IMG/VR virus record: IMGVR_UViG_3300033143_007105
Location: 1-60,796 of that record
Strand: one strand, 5' to 3'
DNA: 60,796 nt
DNA from: a virus
Taxonomy: Duplodnaviria; Caudoviricetes
In this document: positions 56,799 through 60,796 of the stretch, in pieces
How positions within the stretch are numbered: the stretch's first letter is position 1
Layout of the letters: each line of letters begins with the position of its first letter
Notes under the pieces: generated by a model
Told to the model about the DNA's origin: nothing
The model's input: the letters and a program-made list of their open reading frames with translations, nothing else
Databases searched by the model: none
Translations under genes and position numbers: made by a program

Positions 56799-59419
56799 TA
56801 GGCATCCTAACCGATATAGGTGTTGCTCAGTCAATAACTGCTCAGAACAATGAAGGTTTTTTCATATACCCATATACTTTTGGGGTTTCTAATATTAAAG
56901 GGACAATTACTCCTCCAGATGGTCCAGCAAGGACTGGAGCTAATGCAGGACTTTGGTATCAGGCAGCAGTAAGTAGTAGACTTAAAATTAATAATAACAC
57001 AGTTGAGTTTATTTGTACTATTCCTCCAAATGTCCCTGAAGCTGGAGGAAATTTTCAGGATATTGAAGAAATTTATATTTGGGGTAGAACAGATCCATTA
57101 AATCCTGCCACTGAATTTTTACTTGCAATTGGTCAACCTCAACCAACTAAAATTGAATACAGGCCATTAACCGGAGCTGTAACCTTCAAGCTTCAGTTGT
57201 CTCTTACAAATGTTGATTTAAGTGCTCAATATATATTTGCATATACACAAGCTTTTGAAATATCAGAACATAATGTTGATCCCAATGCACATCCGGAAAT
57301 TATAGATGTTGCAAATAAAGCAGGATTATTTCTTGATGCAGGAGGAAAACCCTTTAGTTATATGGGTCAAGGATTTGATGATAAAGCTGCTTTTGATTCA
57401 GTAATTGAAAATGGAGAACTTGGATATTGGAATGAATCTGAAAAACGATTTGAAAGAGCTTTAGCTGATGGGACAGTAAAACAAAAAGTAGTTGGGGTAA
57501 TTGAAATTACTGATACTACAAATCATAAGGGTATTGTAAGAACTAATGGTTTAATTAATGTTTCCTTTGTTAAATTTGAAACTGGAACTGTTTTAGATGC
57601 AGGTACTAGGCTTTATTTATCTTCAACAAATGCAGGAAAGTTCACAGATAAGATAACCAATATTCCAATAGGTAGAATTATAACAAAAGGGAATTATCCA
57701 TCCTATCCTGATTATTTATTATTATCATTAGAAGCATCAGATCATAATATTGATTCTCACGCTCACCCAAATCTAAATAAACTTTTTATAGGATCTCAAT
57801 TTAGTTTTAAAGGTGGTGGGTTAGTTGATTTCATATCAAATGACTTAACGTGGACAGAAGAATTTTATTTAGTCAATCCCTTTTATGGGGAATACAAAAT
57901 TGATCCGGGGAGTTTACTTAATTTTGCTAATGCTGATCTTTTGTATACCAATATCTATAAATCCCATAAATTTCTCACTGATGGTGATGTTACGGGAGAA
58001 ATTCAACTTGTTAATATTTCAGATTTTAATGATAATGATTTAGTTACTATTGGTGATAAAAACTCTAATAAAATAACAGGTTATATTAAAGGAACACCTT
58101 CTGGAAATAATATTATTGTTGATGATGGTGTTGGTAATGTTCTTGATCTAAGCAGTTTTACTTTAGATCAAGGTTCATGGATAATGCGATTAAATACTTC
58201 ACTAAAGAAAGATAGAGTCAATAAAGGAGAATTAAGACCTGATGAAGAGGGCAATATTAATTCATCTGTTTTTGTAGTTGGGGTTTGTGTTTCCAATTCT
58301 ATTTTTCTAATTGATGGGAGGGAGATTACAAAAAGATGGATTTATGAAGAATCAGTGCAAACAATCACTGATATTAATCCAGGTGATAATATTGTGATTC
58401 CTGTAGATTCAAGAAATGGTGATGCTGAAAAGAAATACAGGAATGGGACCGGAGATTTTGAATTATCAATTGATGGAGAGGAACAAGAAAGATATAAGAT
58501 AGAAATTATTTCTTCATTTCAACCAACATCCTATACTTCTGGAACTGGGGTTGTGTCAATACCGGATTCAGTTGATTTATCAAAAATCGGTAGAGGATGT
58601 TGGTTTGTTGATTTAGATGGAAATGATTTTATAATAATTGGTGATGTTTCTAATGAAACTGGAAATAAACAATTTAGAATTGCAACAGGTCAAACAGTTA
58701 ATCTTGGGGATGGTGCAACAATTTGTTACCAGGATTATGAAGAAACTGGAAGTTTTCATGATTTTAGAAACAATATAACATCAAAAAAGTATATTCCTGC
58801 TGGAGCAATCTTAAAATTTAAGATATATCCTCTTATTGGTGGTTCAGGTAGTGGTGGGGGTGGTTCAGGTGAAATAAATACTGCTATAAATATTGGTGAT
58901 TCTGGATTGGGAGTATATCATCAAAAAAGTGGAGTTCAATTTCAATTTAAGAAAATTAAATCTGGAACAAATGTAAGTATAGTTGAAACACCAAGTCATG
59001 AACTTGAAATTAATGCAAGTGGAGGTGGTAGTGGTGTTGGAGTTGATTTTAAAATACAATTAGGTAGTGGTAATACTATTACAGATAAAGTTTCAAATGC
59101 TCCTGTTGGGGGTGTTCCTAGTGGGTGGACTATTGTTGACTCAACGCATGGTCTAGTTCATGCTCAATTATCTGGAAATCTTGACGATATAGTATTTATA
59201 CATGGTCAAAATAAAATAGCAGTTATAGCAGGTTTGGTGTCTCAAAGTGCTTTTGGTGGTTATGAGCATAAAATCCCTAGTGGAGCTGATACTTTTCAAC
59301 CTGCTGATATTAAAACTGAAGATGAAAATGCAAATCAAACTCGAATTAAAAATTTTAATACTTTGGTTGGTAATCAAAAATCTTGGATTTGGATTAAATT
59401 ATTACCAATTTTATCATAA
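56795..59419 (+). CDS. tail fibre protein
   Basis: GILTDIG N-terminus, HNVDPNAH/HNIDSHAH motifs, GTRLYLSSTNAG, GSGGGG linkers, GEINTAINIG. Confidence 0.75.
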   Translation: MIGILTDIGVAQSITAQNNEGFFIYPYTFGVSNIKGTITPPDGPARTGANAGLWYQAAVSSRLKINNNTVEFICTIPPNVPEAGGNFQDIEEIYIWGRTDPLNPATEFLLAIGQPQPTKIEYRPLTGAVTFKLQLSLTNVDLSAQYIFAYTQAFEISEHNVDPNAHPEIIDVANKAGLFLDAGGKPFSYMGQGFDDKAAFDSVIENGELGYWNESEKRFERALADGTVKQKVVGVIEITDTTNHKGIVRTNGLINVSFVKFETGTVLDAGTRLYLSSTNAGKFTDKITNIPIGRIITKGNYPSYPDYLLLSLEASDHNIDSHAHPNLNKLFIGSQFSFKGGGLVDFISNDLTWTEEFYLVNPFYGEYKIDPGSLLNFANADLLYTNIYKSHKFLTDGDVTGEIQLVNISDFNDNDLVTIGDKNSNKITGYIKGTPSGNNIIVDDGVGNVLDLSSFTLDQGSWIMRLNTSLKKDRVNKGELRPDEEGNINSSVFVVGVCVSNSIFLIDGREITKRWIYEESVQTITDINPGDNIVIPVDSRNGDAEKKYRNGTGDFELSIDGEEQERYKIEIISSFQPTSYTSGTGVVSIPDSVDLSKIGRGCWFVDLDGNDFIIIGDVSNETGNKQFRIATGQTVNLGDGATICYQDYEETGSFHDFRNNITSKKYIPAGAILKFKIYPLIGGSGSGGGGSGEINTAINIGDSGLGVYHQKSGVQFQFKKIKSGTNVSIVETPSHELEINASGGGSGVGVDFKIQLGSGNTITDKVSNAPVGGVPSGWTIVDSTHGLVHAQLSGNLDDIVFIHGQNKIAVIAGLVSQSAFGGYEHKIPSGADTFQPADIKTEDENANQTRIKNFNTLVGNQKSWIWIKLLPILS

Positions 59420-59431
59420 AAGGATTATAAA

Positions 59432-60325
59432 ATGTTAAATATCCCAATTGGTATATTAAACCCTTCATCTCTTGGTGGAGGACAATATCAAATTTCATTA
59501 TATTTTCAAGATGGTGTAAAAGCAAAATATTTGAGAGTTGGAGATTTTGTAAAAGCAAATAATGATAATGAATATGAAGTAGTTTCATGGGTAGGATTAC
59601 CTGATGATTTTGTTTCTGGTAATAATGTAATTGTCAGTTATATTACAGAGGATTCTATACCCCCTGCTGATGGAGGGTATTTTTCTTTGGTATATACTCC
59701 GGATCAAAAAAACTATGAACCTGAACTACAAACATCCGGTCAAATTGGTAATATTTCTCAGTATTCTGGACAAGATTATGAATATACACTAGAAGGTTCT
59801 TGGAATGATAGCATACAAGCTTTACAAGCAATTGTTGGTGATAAAATAGCAGATTCTAATGGAAAAGAGTTTGAAATTACTTATATGACTGTCAATAAGT
59901 TTGATGATCTTTTCAGGGTTAATGAAGTTGAAAAGATTGGACAACCCCCTTCTGCTGGAGAAGCCACTTTATATAGATCAACTAAGGATTATAACTTTTA
60001 TCAAGGCTCTGTACTTACACATCAAGCAAGAACAAATATTTTTAATAGGGATAAGATTTTAATTGATGAATATTTAGCTCTTAGTTTAGAATCAGGTACG
60101 TGGAATGTTGAGGAAAGGGTTATTACTTCAGGTGAGGAAATAGCAGAAGAATTAACACTTGCTAAAACTCCAAAAGTATCAGATAAAGTAATAGCTGATG
60201 TTATTGAAGGGACAACACAGATAAATGGAGAAGATTTCACTGTTTCAGGAAACACTTTTTCTTGGAGTGGTTTAGGTTTAGGGCTTTCTGAGGGGGATTG
60301 TATTAGAATAGCCTATTTTTATTAA
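59432..60325 (+). CDS. putative tail/fibre-associated structural protein
   Basis: Tail operon; C-terminal LTLAKTP...Q..GEDFTVSG....GD.I.IAY. Confidence 0.55.
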   Translation: MLNIPIGILNPSSLGGGQYQISLYFQDGVKAKYLRVGDFVKANNDNEYEVVSWVGLPDDFVSGNNVIVSYITEDSIPPADGGYFSLVYTPDQKNYEPELQTSGQIGNISQYSGQDYEYTLEGSWNDSIQALQAIVGDKIADSNGKEFEITYMTVNKFDDLFRVNEVEKIGQPPSAGEATLYRSTKDYNFYQGSVLTHQARTNIFNRDKILIDEYLALSLESGTWNVEERVITSGEEIAEELTLAKTPKVSDKVIADVIEGTTQINGEDFTVSGNTFSWSGLGLGLSEGDCIRIAYFY

Positions 60326-60347
60326 ACAATAAACAGGAGAAAGAACA

Positions 60348-60796
60348 ATGAAACAAATTAGTTCAAAATGGTTACAGGATTCTGTGGTAACAGAAGCTAA
60401 AATTAACGCCGCTGCTGTAACAGCAGAGAAAATTGGAGCTTTGGCTGTTACTGATGCAAAAATGAATGATTCTGCTAAACAAGCTGCACTTCAACACAAA
60501 CTTTATCCATCAAGGACAGGGGTTTTGAATTTTAGTGTATCTAATGATTCAAGTGATGCTGTAACAACTGAAGTAAATGGAGCTGCAACAGATGATACTC
60601 CAAGAGATGATCTTACTACTGGAAAGGGTATTTATAAGGGTGCTGTCTCAGGTGCAATAGATCCTAAGAAAGTTCTTATCAGGGATGCAGGAACAGACAA
60701 TGGTATAGATGATGATAGTGGTGATGAAGTTTATGGTGTTTTAAGCTGGGCTGCTGATGTTTTTACATTATCATACAAGAAAGCTAATGGTAATGC
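60348..60796 (+). CDS. tail fibre-like protein, truncated by window end
   Basis: AGGAG RBS; MKQISSKWLQDSVVTEAKINAAAVTAEKIGALAVTDAKM (AVTxxK repeats); open to the window end. Confidence 0.6.
   Translation, partial: MKQISSKWLQDSVVTEAKINAAAVTAEKIGALAVTDAKMNDSAKQAALQHKLYPSRTGVLNFSVSNDSSDAVTTEVNGAATDDTPRDDLTTGKGIYKGAVSGAIDPKKVLIRDAGTDNGIDDDSGDEVYGVLSWAADVFTLSYKKANGN

Noticed and set aside
2057-60255. All minus-strand ORFs and short alternative-frame plus-strand ORFs in the track
   Set aside because: They are F/I/S/L-rich shadows lying opposite or inside well-supported genes, with no RBS or motifs
1-60796. Stop-codon reassignment
   Set aside because: Core genes are full-length and densely packed under the standard bacterial code, and TAG and TGA end genes at sensible boundaries
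1-60796. tRNA, rRNA, group I/II introns, diversity-generating retroelement
   Set aside because: No GC-rich structured stretch, reverse transcriptase or TR/VR pair was visible by eye; a covariance-model scan is needed to exclude them fully

Overview
An AT-rich (roughly 28% GC by eye) segment of a large myovirus-type tailed phage, with essentially all genes on the + strand. Bases 1-14 kb hold replication and accessory genes: an SF1/UvrD-type helicase, an NAD-dependent DNA ligase, SLOG, HD, truncated macrodomain and radical SAM genes, and many small ORFs. A T4-superfamily-like morphogenesis module follows: TerS, TerL with a class-3-type mini-intein, portal, gp68-like core protein, gp21-like protease fused to a scaffold, major capsid protein, neck, sheath, tube(s), tape measure, baseplate and tail fibres. 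The most striking feature is that about 21 unrelated small ORFs, mostly between 17.9 and 36.3 kb, begin with one of two short shared N-terminal leaders: MSKAxE(I/L)LEKIxxxxE or M(I/K)T(K)(S/A)xEML(D/K)FL(D/N)E. Most end in an (L/I)-x-E site (a few in FLE), resembling the T4 capsid-targeting sequence cut by the prohead protease. Leader-tagged cargo includes a FliW-like protein, a CheY-like receiver, a J-domain protein, a HEXXH metallopeptidase, an ADP-ribosyltransferase-like protein and a DUF3175-like protein. I infer a modular virion-packaged effector system. The window also has a 162-bp duplicated promoter/RBS cassette and three related Zn-finger/PD-(D/E)XK endonuclease genes. All annotations come from reading motifs by eye; no searches were run.
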